From contig CAZNTG010000006.1 in assembly GCA_964575955.1 (NCBI GenBank), positions 448,001 through 512,000 on the forward strand: a stretch of DNA of 64,000 nucleotides. The letters run 5' to 3'. Made by a program: the position numbers and the translations under genes. The notes beneath the pieces were generated by a model. The model made no database searches and had not been told where the DNA came from. It saw nothing but the letters and a program-made list of their open reading frames with translations. Positions 20,553-31,277 of this stretch are shown piece after piece (the first letter of the stretch is position 1; each line of letters opens with the position of its first letter). Source of the DNA: an uncultured Thermoproteaceae archaeon. GTDB taxonomy: Archaea; Thermoproteota; Thermoprotei; Thermoproteales; Thermocladiaceae.

Positions 20553-21248
20553 TTAGATCAGTTTTGTCTGTTTTAGAGCTTTAATTATTCTATCTGGGTA
20601 GTCTGATGCTACCATGTCAACTCCAAACTCTAACACTCTCTGTAGATCATGTTCATCATTTATGACCCATGTACCAACTTTCATACCTAAATTATGAGCT
20701 TCTTCTACAAGCTCTTTATCAAGCATATCATATCTTGGCAATATTATGTCTGGTTTTTCATGTTTAAACATATCTTCAAGACTTATAGGTCTACATACGA
20801 AAATTGCACCAAACATATATCCTCTATCTTTTACATTTTTAATAATTTTATGGTGAAATGATACAAATATAATTCTATTCTTCTCTATACCATATCTAGA
20901 TACTATATCTAATACCTTATCTACAGTGTCTGGCTCCTTTATTTCAATTATAATTTTAACATTCTTATTCTTTAAAACTTCTAATGCTTCTTCTAATGTT
21001 GGAATCCTCTCTCCCCTTATAGAGAATTTTCTAATAAATTCAAATGTTCTATCTCTAAGTCTTCCATGAATTTTTAATAGTCTGTCTAGTTTTTCATCAT
21101 GGAATAGTACGATTACTCCATCTTTAGTCATTCTAACATCAAATTCTACAGCATCAACACCCATCTCAATAGCCTTCTTAATTGATACTAGCGTGTTTTC
21201 AGGATAGTAACCACAGGCACCTCTATGACCTATGACTAGAGGTCTCAT
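20553..21248 (-). CDS. glpQ: Glycerophosphodiester phosphodiesterase
   Basis: IGHRGA..PENT, EFDV..TKDG...HD, SDYP. Confidence 0.92.
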   Translation of the reverse strand: MRPLVIGHRGACGYYPENTLVSIKKAIEMGVDAVEFDVRMTKDGVIVLFHDEKLDRLLKIHGRLRDRTFEFIRKFSIRGERIPTLEEALEVLKNKNVKIIIEIKEPDTVDKVLDIVSRYGIEKNRIIFVSFHHKIIKNVKDRGYMFGAIFVCRPISLEDMFKHEKPDIILPRYDMLDKELVEEAHNLGMKVGTWVINDEHDLQRVLEFGVDMVASDYPDRIIKALKQTKLI

Positions 21249-21282
21249 AGTACTATTTAAACAACAATTATTCAATATATTA

Positions 21283-21546
21283 ATGTCTATGCCTGTAACT
21301 ATAAGAATTGAAGGTCCTGAATATTACATATACACATTGAGGTCTTGGCTTAAAGAAGTTGAAGATTTTATTAAAGAGATGACCTGTATAGATGAGTTAA
21401 ACGTTATAGAGTTAGTAGGAGATCAAGTTAGGATATATGTAGATAGTAAGCTAGTATTTGAAGGACTTCCAGATGCTGAGTGGGCTTTAGCTGAAATATT
21501 GATACATGAGTTGAAGAGTATGGGTTATGAATGTGAGAGTGAATGA
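21283..21546 (+). CDS. Small hypothetical protein
   Basis: Acidic ORF of about 87 aa, divergent from glpQ. Confidence 0.55.
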   Translation: MSMPVTIRIEGPEYYIYTLRSWLKEVEDFIKEMTCIDELNVIELVGDQVRIYVDSKLVFEGLPDAEWALAEILIHELKSMGYECESE

Positions 21547-21595
21547 TCAGCTCGTGGAATCTTCCTCAACATTCGGCGTGAATACGTTTCATCAT
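21547..21595 (-). ncRNA. C/D-box sRNA, probable dual 16S rRNA guide
   Basis: ATGATGA-AACGTATTCACG-CCGA-ATG-TTGAGGA-AGATTCCACGAG-CTGA; guides complement recalled 16S GUGAAUACGU and CGUGGAAUC. Confidence 0.88.
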
Positions 21596-21657
21596 AACTA
21601 TCTAGTAAGACATATATAGTTAGTCTTATATACCCTCACACTCACCACATAATAAGC

Positions 21658-22119
21658 ATGCCAACATTTAAACTAGTACTTGCAGATCCAATGTCTGGAA
21701 AATCTAGACAATTTGAAATTAAGGATCCAGTAGCACAGAGATTTATAGGTTTAAAAATTGGTGATATTGTTGAAGCATCAATACTTAAAGGTGTTATAGA
21801 TCTACCTCCTGGATTTAAAATTAAGATTACAGGAGGAAGTGGTTATGAAGGTGCACCAATGCTACCATACATTGAAGGTCCCGTAAAGAAGTATGTACTA
21901 CTAAGTGGACCTCCAGGTTTTCATCCAAGAAAGAGAGGTGAAAGAAGGAGAAAGCTTGTTAGAGGTAATACGATAAATGAGCAGATAGTGCAGATAAATG
22001 CTGTATTAATATATCCACCAAACTGGAAAGAAGGACCAATATTTCCACTTGGTGAAAAAGAGCTTCAGAAAGTCTTAGAGAAATTGAAGGGAGGTTCCGA
22101 GAAGGGTGAAGAGCAGTAA
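21658..22119 (+). CDS. rps6e: 30S ribosomal protein S6e
   Basis: KITGGSG..GAPM, GERRRKLVRGN. Confidence 0.95.
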   Translation: MPTFKLVLADPMSGKSRQFEIKDPVAQRFIGLKIGDIVEASILKGVIDLPPGFKIKITGGSGYEGAPMLPYIEGPVKKYVLLSGPPGFHPRKRGERRRKLVRGNTINEQIVQINAVLIYPPNWKEGPIFPLGEKELQKVLEKLKGGSEKGEEQ

Positions 22120-22159
22120 AAATCACACTTATTAAATCTAGAATAGTATACTTAGTCTA

Positions 22160-23407
22160 GTGGTATATACAGTATTGAAACCTGAAGTATGTTATAGATG
22201 TAAGACATTTAAAAAGCTCTGTGGCTTACCTAGCTGTCCAATAAAGGAGAGATTGAAGGTTGTTATAAAGACTTTCACAAAAATATCTACAAACAGCGTA
22301 GTACTAGGAAGTACACCTCCAAGTGGTGTTGTTGGAGAATTTAACTATCCGAAAGTAAACATATACACAGGAATATCACCAGATAAGGATAGAGATGTAA
22401 AATTTTTAGAAGATCCTCAAAGATGGTGGTTAAACAACCTTTCTCTAGATGATGTTGTTAAAATTAGATCAAGTATGATATCAATATTAGATAAAAATGT
22501 AGACGTACATGATGTAGATAAATTGTTAAGTAGAGAGATATCTCTAATTCAAATATCTTCAAAACCTGTTGATTGTGATGTATTTATAGAGAAGATACTT
22601 GATAAGAACATGATATTTGATCTAAAACTACTACCTCTAAGTGTTAGAGTTTTAGGAAATATTAAAATATCTTCAAATCCAAAGATTGAGAGAAGTTTAG
22701 AGAAAGTTATATATGATACAGACCTTAAAGCAAGAGATGCTGTTATTAAATTGTATAGAGATGGTATTGATATATACATTATACAGAAAGCTTTTAGCTT
22801 TGGACTACTTGGAACTAGAAGATTTAGAAAGCTAGTACCTACAAGATGGGCTATAACTGCAGTTGATAGAATAATATCTCAATACCTTAGAAATACTATT
22901 ACAAAATTCGAATTTTTAGATAAGTTTAAATTTTATCAAATAACATATATGAATAATAGATTTACAGTAATAATGATACCAGGATCATTAAAAATTTCAT
23001 GGCTAGAATTCTGGTATCCAAGATTAGGAATTGATAGTGGTGTTAAGAAAAGTCCAACTCTATCAGTACAGATTGAGGAAGATCTAAAAGGCAATGTTGA
23101 GACTATGGATGGAGGTTTTGAAGCTGCTAGAATGGGAATATTAGAGACACTATATAGAAGAAGAGTACAGTGTAGAGTAATAATAGTTAGAGAAATACTA
23201 CCTGAATACTATATTGGTATTGGAAATTGGCATATTAGAGAAGATATGAGAAACATAGTTAACATAAAACCAATATTATCAACATATAATATTGATGAAC
23301 TTATCAAAACTATAAATGAAAAACTTCCAAAAGAGATAGCTAGCGTTGTAGTGAGAAATGTTAGAAAATTATATTCTCAAAAATCTATACTAGAAACATT
23401 ATGGTAA
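22160..23407 (+). CDS. nreA: DNA repair protein Nre
   Basis: N-terminal CxxC..LCG..CP, LVPTRWAITAVD, C-terminal PIP-like QKSILETLW. Confidence 0.88.
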   Translation: MVYTVLKPEVCYRCKTFKKLCGLPSCPIKERLKVVIKTFTKISTNSVVLGSTPPSGVVGEFNYPKVNIYTGISPDKDRDVKFLEDPQRWWLNNLSLDDVVKIRSSMISILDKNVDVHDVDKLLSREISLIQISSKPVDCDVFIEKILDKNMIFDLKLLPLSVRVLGNIKISSNPKIERSLEKVIYDTDLKARDAVIKLYRDGIDIYIIQKAFSFGLLGTRRFRKLVPTRWAITAVDRIISQYLRNTITKFEFLDKFKFYQITYMNNRFTVIMIPGSLKISWLEFWYPRLGIDSGVKKSPTLSVQIEEDLKGNVETMDGGFEAARMGILETLYRRRVQCRVIIVREILPEYYIGIGNWHIREDMRNIVNIKPILSTYNIDELIKTINEKLPKEIASVVVRNVRKLYSQKSILETLW

Positions 23408-24357
23408 AGATACTACCTGCATTTGAATGTGAAAATAGGATAGTTGATATATGTGTTGAAGAGTTGAATAATGATAAGCTTATAGTACTACCAACAGAGA
23501 CAGTATATGGAATTACTATAAAAATAAACTCAAAAAACATAGAATCCCTATACAGGATAAAGGGTAGACACGAAAGATTTACAATACATATATCACATAT
23601 AGACGATCTTAAGAATTTTGGAATAATAATTAAAGATAAGTATGTAGACATTATCGAAAATATAACACCAAATCCAATAACTTTAATAGTAGAAGATATT
23701 AACAACAACAAGATTGGTATTAGAGTTCCTGACATAGAGTTAACCAGAGATATACTAAGCAGAGTAGGACCATGCTATATGCCTAGTGCAAATCTAAAAG
23801 ATAATCCAAGTCCAACAAATATATATCACGTAATTGAAGATCTTTCAGAATATGTAGATCTGATAGTTGACTACGGTGAAGCTAGGTATGGTATTGATTC
23901 AACAGTTATAGATTTAACAAAAACTCCACATAAGGTATTGAGAATTGGAGCATTTACACCAGACAAATTGAGAGAGTATTTCAATAATATTGAAATTGAT
24001 GAAAGAATTTTAAAAATGAAACCTCTAGATAAGAAATATTTGAAGAATATTGAAGTATACGGATTTAAGAATATTGATAAAGTCTTTAGAATTTTAGATA
24101 AGTATGAGAGATGTATAATAGTATGTACATTAGAGACATATTACAATAATGTTGAGAAGTTTAGAGGTAATGTAGATTTCTACATCTTAGGTTCAATAGA
24201 GAATCCATTAACACTTTATAGAAATGTATATCCATCTTTCAGATACATTATGAAGAAAAGTCCTGATAAAGTATTTCTAGAATTACTACCTGTTGAGGAT
24301 GTTTTCCTACCTGTAATTGAGAAGTTTTTAAATGCTGTTAATTATATTCTTGAGTAG
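23401..24357 (+). CDS. sua5: Threonylcarbamoyl-AMP synthase Sua5/TsaC
   Basis: PTETVYG, KGR, IRVP, PSAN, STVIDL. Confidence 0.88.
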   Translation: MVKILPAFECENRIVDICVEELNNDKLIVLPTETVYGITIKINSKNIESLYRIKGRHERFTIHISHIDDLKNFGIIIKDKYVDIIENITPNPITLIVEDINNNKIGIRVPDIELTRDILSRVGPCYMPSANLKDNPSPTNIYHVIEDLSEYVDLIVDYGEARYGIDSTVIDLTKTPHKVLRIGAFTPDKLREYFNNIEIDERILKMKPLDKKYLKNIEVYGFKNIDKVFRILDKYERCIIVCTLETYYNNVEKFRGNVDFYILGSIENPLTLYRNVYPSFRYIMKKSPDKVFLELLPVEDVFLPVIEKFLNAVNYILE

Positions 24358-25074
24358 TTACGTTCTTGGTGGTCCTTGTAATATTCTATTTAATTGTGCT
24401 AGAAAATCATTTACAACTATCTCAAGTATTTGTTTACCCTTCTCCTTATCTAAATCTCTAGTTAATCTTCCAATTATACCAATATCTGAGATTTCCTTAG
24501 TTCTATATAATTTTAATGATCCTTCTCTAACAATATCAACTATTCTTTCAAATTTTACAAGTTCTTCATTTATTGTCATTATCATGTATGTTTCTACAAG
24601 TCCTGCATGTTCTACATATACATCTCCAAGTAAATCTCTCAATTTTCTCTTAACTCTCTCATTTAGTACATAGTAGTGATATGTTTTGATACTATTTCTA
24701 TAGTTTAACGTTCTTGCTACAAGATCTAGAATTTCACAATTACCTCCATGTCCATTAACTAGTACTACTCCTCTAGGTGAACATGTCTCTATTATTGACT
24801 CTACAATATCTTCAATATATCTCATAAATGTTCTTGGAAGTACGTATATAGTTCCTGGAAAGTCTTTATGCTCCATAGAGCAGGTGTAGTATATTGGTGG
24901 TAGTACTAGTACTGTATCTCCAAGTACTCTCTCAGCTATTGAACATAGATATTCTGCAATTATAGTATCACAAGTATATGGTAGATGAGGTCCATGTTGT
25001 TCAACACTTCCAATAGGTATCAATACTAGTCTATTTGGAGTGAAGTCTAGAAGTGTCATATTTTCAAGTCTCAC
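24358..25074 (-). CDS. Creatininase-family amidohydrolase
   Basis: PIGSVEQHGPHLP, EH..FPGT, NGHGGN, HAG..ET. Confidence 0.92.
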   Translation of the reverse strand: MRLENMTLLDFTPNRLVLIPIGSVEQHGPHLPYTCDTIIAEYLCSIAERVLGDTVLVLPPIYYTCSMEHKDFPGTIYVLPRTFMRYIEDIVESIIETCSPRGVVLVNGHGGNCEILDLVARTLNYRNSIKTYHYYVLNERVKRKLRDLLGDVYVEHAGLVETYMIMTINEELVKFERIVDIVREGSLKLYRTKEISDIGIIGRLTRDLDKEKGKQILEIVVNDFLAQLNRILQGPPRT

Positions 25075-25199
25075 TATGATGCACCTACTATGAGGATTTT
25101 TAAGAGATATTTAGAGGAGATTTAAATATGTCACTTGAATACTTAATCTAGAGTACTTTTCAAGTAGCATACTTTTAAATCATCGTAGCATCATAGAAC

Positions 25200-25631
25200 A
25201 TGATTCGAATAGCAATAGCAACAGACGATGGAAACATAGTATCCAACAGGATGTTTACAGTAGCTAAGATGTTTAAGATATATGACATGGATGAGGAGAA
25301 GGGAACATTAACATTTGTTGAAGATAGAAAGAATGCATTAGCAACATCTCAAGAAGTTTCAAATATGCCTGAAGAAGAGTATTGTAAACTTCTTCATGAG
25401 AAAGTTCTAAACGATATTAATGTAATAATTGGAACAGTATGCACAAGATTAACATACTACTACTTCCTATCTAACAATGTTCAAGTTCTCTTTGTTGAGA
25501 GAGATACACCAATATCAATGGTTGAGGAATATCTTAGAAGAGTTGCAGAAGAGATAAGTAAGGAATTGAAAGCACAGAGTGGAGGTTATAGTGAGGAAGA
25601 GTTTGAGAGTGAGGAAGAGGAAGGATATTAA
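25200..25631 (+). CDS. NifB/NifX-like protein
   Basis: [11 protein letters not shown]...F..A..F.IYD. Confidence 0.7.
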   Translation: MIRIAIATDDGNIVSNRMFTVAKMFKIYDMDEEKGTLTFVEDRKNALATSQEVSNMPEEEYCKLLHEKVLNDINVIIGTVCTRLTYYYFLSNNVQVLFVERDTPISMVEEYLRRVAEEISKELKAQSGGYSEEEFESEEEEGY

Positions 25632-26629
25632 TCATAACCAAACTCTCTTCTAAGTTCTATAGAAGCTTTAACAATATTTCTCAATTTTTCTAAAGCAATT
25701 TCTCTAGGAAGTCTCTTCAAACCACAGTCAGGATCTAGATAAATCTTTTCAGGACCTACAATATCGAGTTTCAATAATCTATATACAGCATCTTTAATCT
25801 CTTCAACAGTCTCTACACGTAGTGTATGTACATCAACAACACCAAATCCAAGCTCCTTATTATATCCATACTCTTTCAAATATGGTAATAGTCTAAAGTT
25901 ACTATTCTTAAATTCAAAATCGAATTGATCTACAGGATAGTCTAGAAGGTATGGTATTATCTTTTCAATTTTTCCAAAACATATATGGACTATCTTCTTA
26001 CAGTCTAATCCATGTAGCATCTCTTTAAGAACATCTTTCAAAATCTCTACTTCCTCCTTCACAGGTCTTGTAGATAGTGCTGGTTCATCAACTTGAACAA
26101 ATTTTGCACCTCTCTTAACAGCTTCCTCAATCTCTACTCTGAGAGCTTTAGCAATATCAAACATTAATTCTACTCTATCTCTATAGTATAGATTAAAACT
26201 CCAATCAACAATTGTGTATGGTCCTGTAAGTATGAATTTTACAGGTCTTCCATCACTGACACTTTTTGCAAATTCCCAATCTTCAATAATCATTTTACAA
26301 CAATACTCAACCTTATCTACAACTATAGGCTTTCTGAAATAGACATTGTCAAATATTCTAACCCAATCACCTACCTTATACCCTTTCATTCTCTCTACAA
26401 AGAATACAACCATATCTTCTCTTGTCTGTTCACCATCACTAATTATGTCGATACCTGCAGTGATGTAGTCTTGAACTACCTTCCTAATAGCTTCTCTACA
26501 AATATTTCTAAACTCCTCCTCACCAATAAGACCTCTCTTTCTCTTCTCTATAGCTTCTTGAGCTTCTGGAAACTTTGGATAACTACCAACTACAGTTGTT
26601 ATGAATGCTTTTGGTAATCTATAAGTCAT
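25628..26629 (-). CDS. metE: Cobalamin-independent methionine synthase, catalytic half
   Basis: [26 protein letters not shown]. Confidence 0.92.
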   Translation of the reverse strand: MTYRLPKAFITTVVGSYPKFPEAQEAIEKRKRGLIGEEEFRNICREAIRKVVQDYITAGIDIISDGEQTREDMVVFFVERMKGYKVGDWVRIFDNVYFRKPIVVDKVEYCCKMIIEDWEFAKSVSDGRPVKFILTGPYTIVDWSFNLYYRDRVELMFDIAKALRVEIEEAVKRGAKFVQVDEPALSTRPVKEEVEILKDVLKEMLHGLDCKKIVHICFGKIEKIIPYLLDYPVDQFDFEFKNSNFRLLPYLKEYGYNKELGFGVVDVHTLRVETVEEIKDAVYRLLKLDIVGPEKIYLDPDCGLKRLPREIALEKLRNIVKASIELRREFGYD

Positions 26630-27600
26630 GACTTAGATAATTCCTCTAAAATCCTTAAACCATATCGTCCTAATAGTCTAGTCTTCTCAATAGCATATTC
26701 TAATGGTATTAATTCAAAACTTGAAGATGTTGTTAATGCACCAATCTTTCTATCAGAAACTATCTCAAGAACTTTATCTACAATCTTCTTAACATATTCA
26801 TAATCTTCACATTTAATATCTCTACCATCAATAATACCTAAACCAAGTCTTGAACCTTCAGGCTTAACATCCCTCAAAACTTGAAATGTTCTATCTGTAT
26901 ATTCTACAAAGCTTATACATACAAGATCTACAGAAGTGTCAAATATTCTCTTTAACACACTACTCTTAGGAACATTGAAATATATTGATAGTATAACTCT
27001 ATCATAAACCTTCTTCAACTCTCTAACACATCCATCCAATACGTCTAGAAACTTCTCATCAAAATCAGGATCTGCAACATATGGTTCATCAATCTGTAAA
27101 AATTCAGGCTTTATACCACCAATCTCAACATCAAGAATGTATAATCTAGATATTGAGTAAGCTAGCTCTACCTTATCTAGATCGGTTTTAGACATATTAA
27201 CAAATGTTATAGGTCCTGGAACACTTATCTTAACTGGTTTATAATGTACAAACTTCTTAAGTAATCTACATCTTGTAGATATTACACATCTCTGTATATC
27301 TGGCTCTTCTACAAATACGGGAATTCTATAGAAGAAGTTATTGTCAAAATATCTCAATAGACCATCATAGTATACTCCTCTCCAAGATTCTACGAAGGGT
27401 CTAAATATGTCATGAAAATCTATCTGTGGATCTTGAATTATGGTCATATTTGAACCATCTTGAACACCACAGAGATATGCTAGATCTTCAATTAGAGATG
27501 TGTAATATTCTATATATGTTAGTTTACCTTCATCAAAATCTCTTATAGTTTTTCTAAATTTAGAACTTCTAGAATATCCTCCAAGTATGAATATTTCCAT
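26626..27600 (-). CDS. MetE N-terminal-like protein (partner of split MetE)
   Basis: [29 protein letters not shown]. Confidence 0.85.
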   Translation of the reverse strand: MEIFILGGYSRSSKFRKTIRDFDEGKLTYIEYYTSLIEDLAYLCGVQDGSNMTIIQDPQIDFHDIFRPFVESWRGVYYDGLLRYFDNNFFYRIPVFVEEPDIQRCVISTRCRLLKKFVHYKPVKISVPGPITFVNMSKTDLDKVELAYSISRLYILDVEIGGIKPEFLQIDEPYVADPDFDEKFLDVLDGCVRELKKVYDRVILSIYFNVPKSSVLKRIFDTSVDLVCISFVEYTDRTFQVLRDVKPEGSRLGLGIIDGRDIKCEDYEYVKKIVDKVLEIVSDRKIGALTTSSSFELIPLEYAIEKTRLLGRYGLRILEELSKS

Positions 27601-27636
27601 ACTCTAGACCATGTTAAGAATATTCTAAAGTATTTT

Positions 27637-29145
27637 CTAGTACTTCCACTTAATTACTGTGTATAGTGTCTCTTGTGCAGGACCTTCTTCAACTATCTTA
27701 TAGAATTCTGCTCTACAGTATAGACATCCTGGATCATCTGCTAGTGGATCTCCAAAGTATGAGAATGCTCTTGCTCTACAACCACCACAGATATCTCTAT
27801 ATTTACATCTTGAACATACATTTCCCGTGAATGTTCTTCTATCTCTAAACTTATTCATTAATTCATCATATTTCCAAATTTCGTAAAAGCTCTTTTCACG
27901 TATATTACCTCTAGGTATTGGCATGAATACGCATGGTGTTACTGTTCCATCTGGCTCAACTGCACAATATACACGACCTGCACCACAACCTCCAATAAAT
28001 TCTACAGCTGCTTTATATATTCCAAGTTTTAGAGCAGGTACGAAGTGTGTTGGTGCTGCAAGTTCTCCCTGAGTTTCTTGTAGTATTACTCTACCATATT
28101 GTGGTGCTGTTGTAACTATTTCAATTTTCCTTCTCCTAGTCTCTCTTGCTAATAATTTTAGAAATTCTTCCCTCTCTTCAGGTGTTAAATCAATCTTATA
28201 ATTATCTCTACCTCTACCAACAGGTACGAAGTTGAAAAATACTATACGTCTAACTCCAAGATCTTCAGCAAGATCTATCATATTTTCAATATCATCAATA
28301 TTGAACTTTGTTACTGTTGTTGCAATAGCTGTGAAAAATCCCTCTTTAACACAATTTTCTATTCCTTTAACAGTCTTCTCCCATGCACCTGGAACACCTC
28401 TAAACTTATCATGTATCTCAGGCTTTGAATGATCAAGACTAATCTCTACATATCTCATACCTGCCTTCTTCATCTTCTTAACAAAGTCTGAATCTGCTAA
28501 TGCTATTCCATTTGTAGCAACTGCAGCATACATTCCACGTCTAGATATCTCTGCAACAATATCTAGGAAGTGTGGATGTATTGTTGGTTCACCACCACTG
28601 AGAGCTACTCCACATACAAACATCTTATCAAGCTCGTCTATAAGCTTCAACTTCTCTTCAAGTGTGAGTTCTCTAACTTCAGCACCTGCACGTTGATAAC
28701 AGTGTATACATCTTAAATTACACATATTTGTAAAATTCCAAACTATGAAGAATGGTGCTTCAAATGGTAATGGTATTGTTAATCCATTTAGAGCAATAGT
28801 CCTAAATACCAACAATACACCTCTCCTCGTTGCAGGATCTGCTAATAACTCTTTAGCAAATTTATCATCTGTCTTCAATAATGCTAATGCAAATCTCATC
28901 CATGCAGAAAATACTTCACTGACAAACCTGGCTATAGGAGGTAAACCACCTCTAACAACTCCAGCAAAATATGCTAAACATATATCTAAGAGAGGTCTTT
29001 TCTCACCATTAATCTCAACCTCTTTTAACAATGCTTTAATTATTCTCCTGGTTGCTCTATTACCTAAGAAAAGTCTGAAGAAGGCAAGAACACCAGATAA
29101 ACCATGCTTACTATCTCTCTCAATCTTCAAATTACTCACAGTCAC
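27637..29145 (-). CDS. Radical SAM/SPASM domain protein
   Basis: CNLRCIHC, SGGEP, GCGAG...PC, CSRC...CGGCRARA...DPGC. Confidence 0.92.
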   Translation of the reverse strand: MTVSNLKIERDSKHGLSGVLAFFRLFLGNRATRRIIKALLKEVEINGEKRPLLDICLAYFAGVVRGGLPPIARFVSEVFSAWMRFALALLKTDDKFAKELLADPATRRGVLLVFRTIALNGLTIPLPFEAPFFIVWNFTNMCNLRCIHCYQRAGAEVRELTLEEKLKLIDELDKMFVCGVALSGGEPTIHPHFLDIVAEISRRGMYAAVATNGIALADSDFVKKMKKAGMRYVEISLDHSKPEIHDKFRGVPGAWEKTVKGIENCVKEGFFTAIATTVTKFNIDDIENMIDLAEDLGVRRIVFFNFVPVGRGRDNYKIDLTPEEREEFLKLLARETRRRKIEIVTTAPQYGRVILQETQGELAAPTHFVPALKLGIYKAAVEFIGGCGAGRVYCAVEPDGTVTPCVFMPIPRGNIREKSFYEIWKYDELMNKFRDRRTFTGNVCSRCKYRDICGGCRARAFSYFGDPLADDPGCLYCRAEFYKIVEEGPAQETLYTVIKWKY

Positions 29146-29225
29146 GTTAAATATCTATGTCATCTAATACATAAATTTGACATCATGCAAACATCATGAC
29201 CTAGAGATGTAGATTCATGGAAATC

Positions 29226-29948
29226 CTACAAACCTGACATTAAGATATCGCAGAGTGGCTTAATCTTCCTCTTTAACTTATCTAGAAGTTGACTACTATG
29301 AGCTTCAGGTAAGACATCTTTTAAAACATCTTTAAAATATGAAAGTTTTGAAACTATATTATTCATATTTAGGTAGAGATCTGCAATTTTATTAAAATTA
29401 CCACTCTTAATATCGTATATCAGTAGTAGAGTATTAATTAGAGAATCTAGAAGATCTATATGACCAGCCTCTACAAGCTTCTTAAGTAGGTATATCACAT
29501 TTATACGAATAAGATTACCCTCCTCTAACCTAGCTTCTAGATATGTATATAGTTTATACGCATTAGTTATCTGTACACATTGCACATTCTTAGAATCATA
29601 CTCATCAAGCATGTATGTTTCAGACTTATCTAAGTATAGTGTACCTTTCTTCAAAACTATGTATAAGTCAACTCTAAGAAGATCATCATCATCATAAATT
29701 CTAATTCTCTTCTCATTATTTACTAAAAATTTCTTAATAATTTTCCAAATCTTTCTAATCTTACTATACCTATCCTGTCTATCTATCATAACTACACTTG
29801 AGGAAAAGCATGGCACATCTATACAATGTAGACCCCTCTCTGCACAGTATAGTGCTTGTCTACGTACTATACATGCAATATACCTAACTACATCTGCTTC
29901 AGTAATCCTATCTCTAAGTATGAAGTTACTACAATCACCATTAATCAT
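29226..29948 (-). CDS. Hypothetical protein
   Basis: 240 aa ORF. Confidence 0.6.
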   Translation of the reverse strand: MINGDCSNFILRDRITEADVVRYIACIVRRQALYCAERGLHCIDVPCFSSSVVMIDRQDRYSKIRKIWKIIKKFLVNNEKRIRIYDDDDLLRVDLYIVLKKGTLYLDKSETYMLDEYDSKNVQCVQITNAYKLYTYLEARLEEGNLIRINVIYLLKKLVEAGHIDLLDSLINTLLLIYDIKSGNFNKIADLYLNMNNIVSKLSYFKDVLKDVLPEAHSSQLLDKLKRKIKPLCDILMSGL

Positions 29949-30016
29949 CTTTTACACTATCTTCAGGAAGGAAGTTTAAAAGTTGTAATTTTGATATATT
30001 TATCACAGTCTGAATG

Positions 30017-30583
30017 TTAGGATAAGTCTTCTAATGTTCTAGCCATAACATATGCATCTTCACCATCATGATAGTACTTCTTTATTATATTTACAACTGT
30101 AAATCCAAGTTTTCTATATAGATTTATAGCTGGTTCGTTAGATACTCTAACTTCTAAATATACTTCAGATGCACCATACTTATGCTTTAATACTCTTAAT
30201 GCTCTCAGAAGCATATTATATGCAATTCCAATCCTTCTAGCATGTGGTAAAACTCCAATCGATATTACATGACCTTTCCTCACAGGTTTACCAACTTTAA
30301 AGTATGACCAGCCATACTCAACTCTACACATTACATATCCAACAACCTCACCATCAATTTCAGCAACAATAAACGCTTTTGGATGTGTTAAATAGTGATC
30401 AACAAAGAAGAATGGTGGATAATTTTCTGGTAGTACTCTCCTATTAATAGATACTACCTTATCTAGATCTTCCATTTTAAACTCTCTCAATTTAAATATC
30501 CTCCCATCTTTACCACGAATAAGTTCTTCTCCTTCTAGTGCAGTTGTGGTATCTTTAATACCTTCCTGAAGCACAACTATCAT
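30017..30583 (-). CDS. ard1: N-terminal acetyltransferase Ard1/RimI
   Basis: LPENY, GHVISIGV, LEVRVSN, YYHDGEDAY. Confidence 0.92.
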   Translation of the reverse strand: MIVVLQEGIKDTTTALEGEELIRGKDGRIFKLREFKMEDLDKVVSINRRVLPENYPPFFFVDHYLTHPKAFIVAEIDGEVVGYVMCRVEYGWSYFKVGKPVRKGHVISIGVLPHARRIGIAYNMLLRALRVLKHKYGASEVYLEVRVSNEPAINLYRKLGFTVVNIIKKYYHDGEDAYVMARTLEDLS

Positions 30584-30664
30584 ATTTCTATCTAAAACAT
30601 CTTTTAAATATGTATCTACACACTCTCAACATAGTTAAACACGAATTATCACAATACTACTAGA

Positions 30665-31174
30665 CTACTCTTCAATTACTCTACATAGCATATATGTGAC
30701 TAGTAAGTAGACTATTCCTAACATTAGTAGTAGTATCAGTTGTCCTTTTCCTCTAAATATCAAGTCTCTAAGTACTAGACCTATCAATCCTACATGAGGT
30801 ATTACTAGCGTTACAACACCTCTAATCTCTCTATTATTTATAAGCCATGGATCAGGAATTGGATTTGCATCACCTTTAGTTCTAATAAACACTACATGTC
30901 CTCTAACTATCTTCTCATATACTCTATGTACAATCTCTATACTCTCACCATGCATTTTCAATATGTATACAATGACCTGTCCTACATGTATCTCAGTTAT
31001 TGGTGTCTTCTGTAAAACTACTATATCTCCAATATCTAATGCTGGAACCATACTATAACTTCCAACTACAGCCCACGGTACTCCAAGTCCTGAATATTGT
31101 GATACTATGTAGTACGCTAGGAGTAGCACTATTACTATTAGTATTACTAGTTCTACTACGGTTCTCTTCTCTAT
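30665..31174 (-). CDS. sec11: Signal peptidase I (Sec11 type), start uncertain
   Basis: GSYSM.P...GD, IVHRV, TKGDAN..D; hydrophobic anchor extends upstream of GTG 31129 to ATA 31174. Confidence 0.85.
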   Translation of the reverse strand: MEKRTVVELVILIVIVLLLAYYIVSQYSGLGVPWAVVGSYSMVPALDIGDIVVLQKTPITEIHVGQVIVYILKMHGESIEIVHRVYEKIVRGHVVFIRTKGDANPIPDPWLINNREIRGVVTLVIPHVGLIGLVLRDLIFRGKGQLILLLMLGIVYLLVTYMLCRVIEE

Positions 31175-31277
31175 CTATAAATCACCTCTAGACATGTCTA
31201 GATGAGAAGTTTTTCACATTTACTCAATATAGAGAAAGGTTTTTATAGAAGTGGAGTCTCATGTAGTATACGAGAAC

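Noticed and set aside
27637-29225. RiPP cluster around the radical SAM/SPASM gene
   Set aside because: No precursor peptide ORF, PqqD-like gene or dedicated exporter adjacent
29180-29240. Possible C/D sRNA (ATCATGA...CTGA)
   Set aside because: The C box is non-canonical and there is no convincing D'/C' pair
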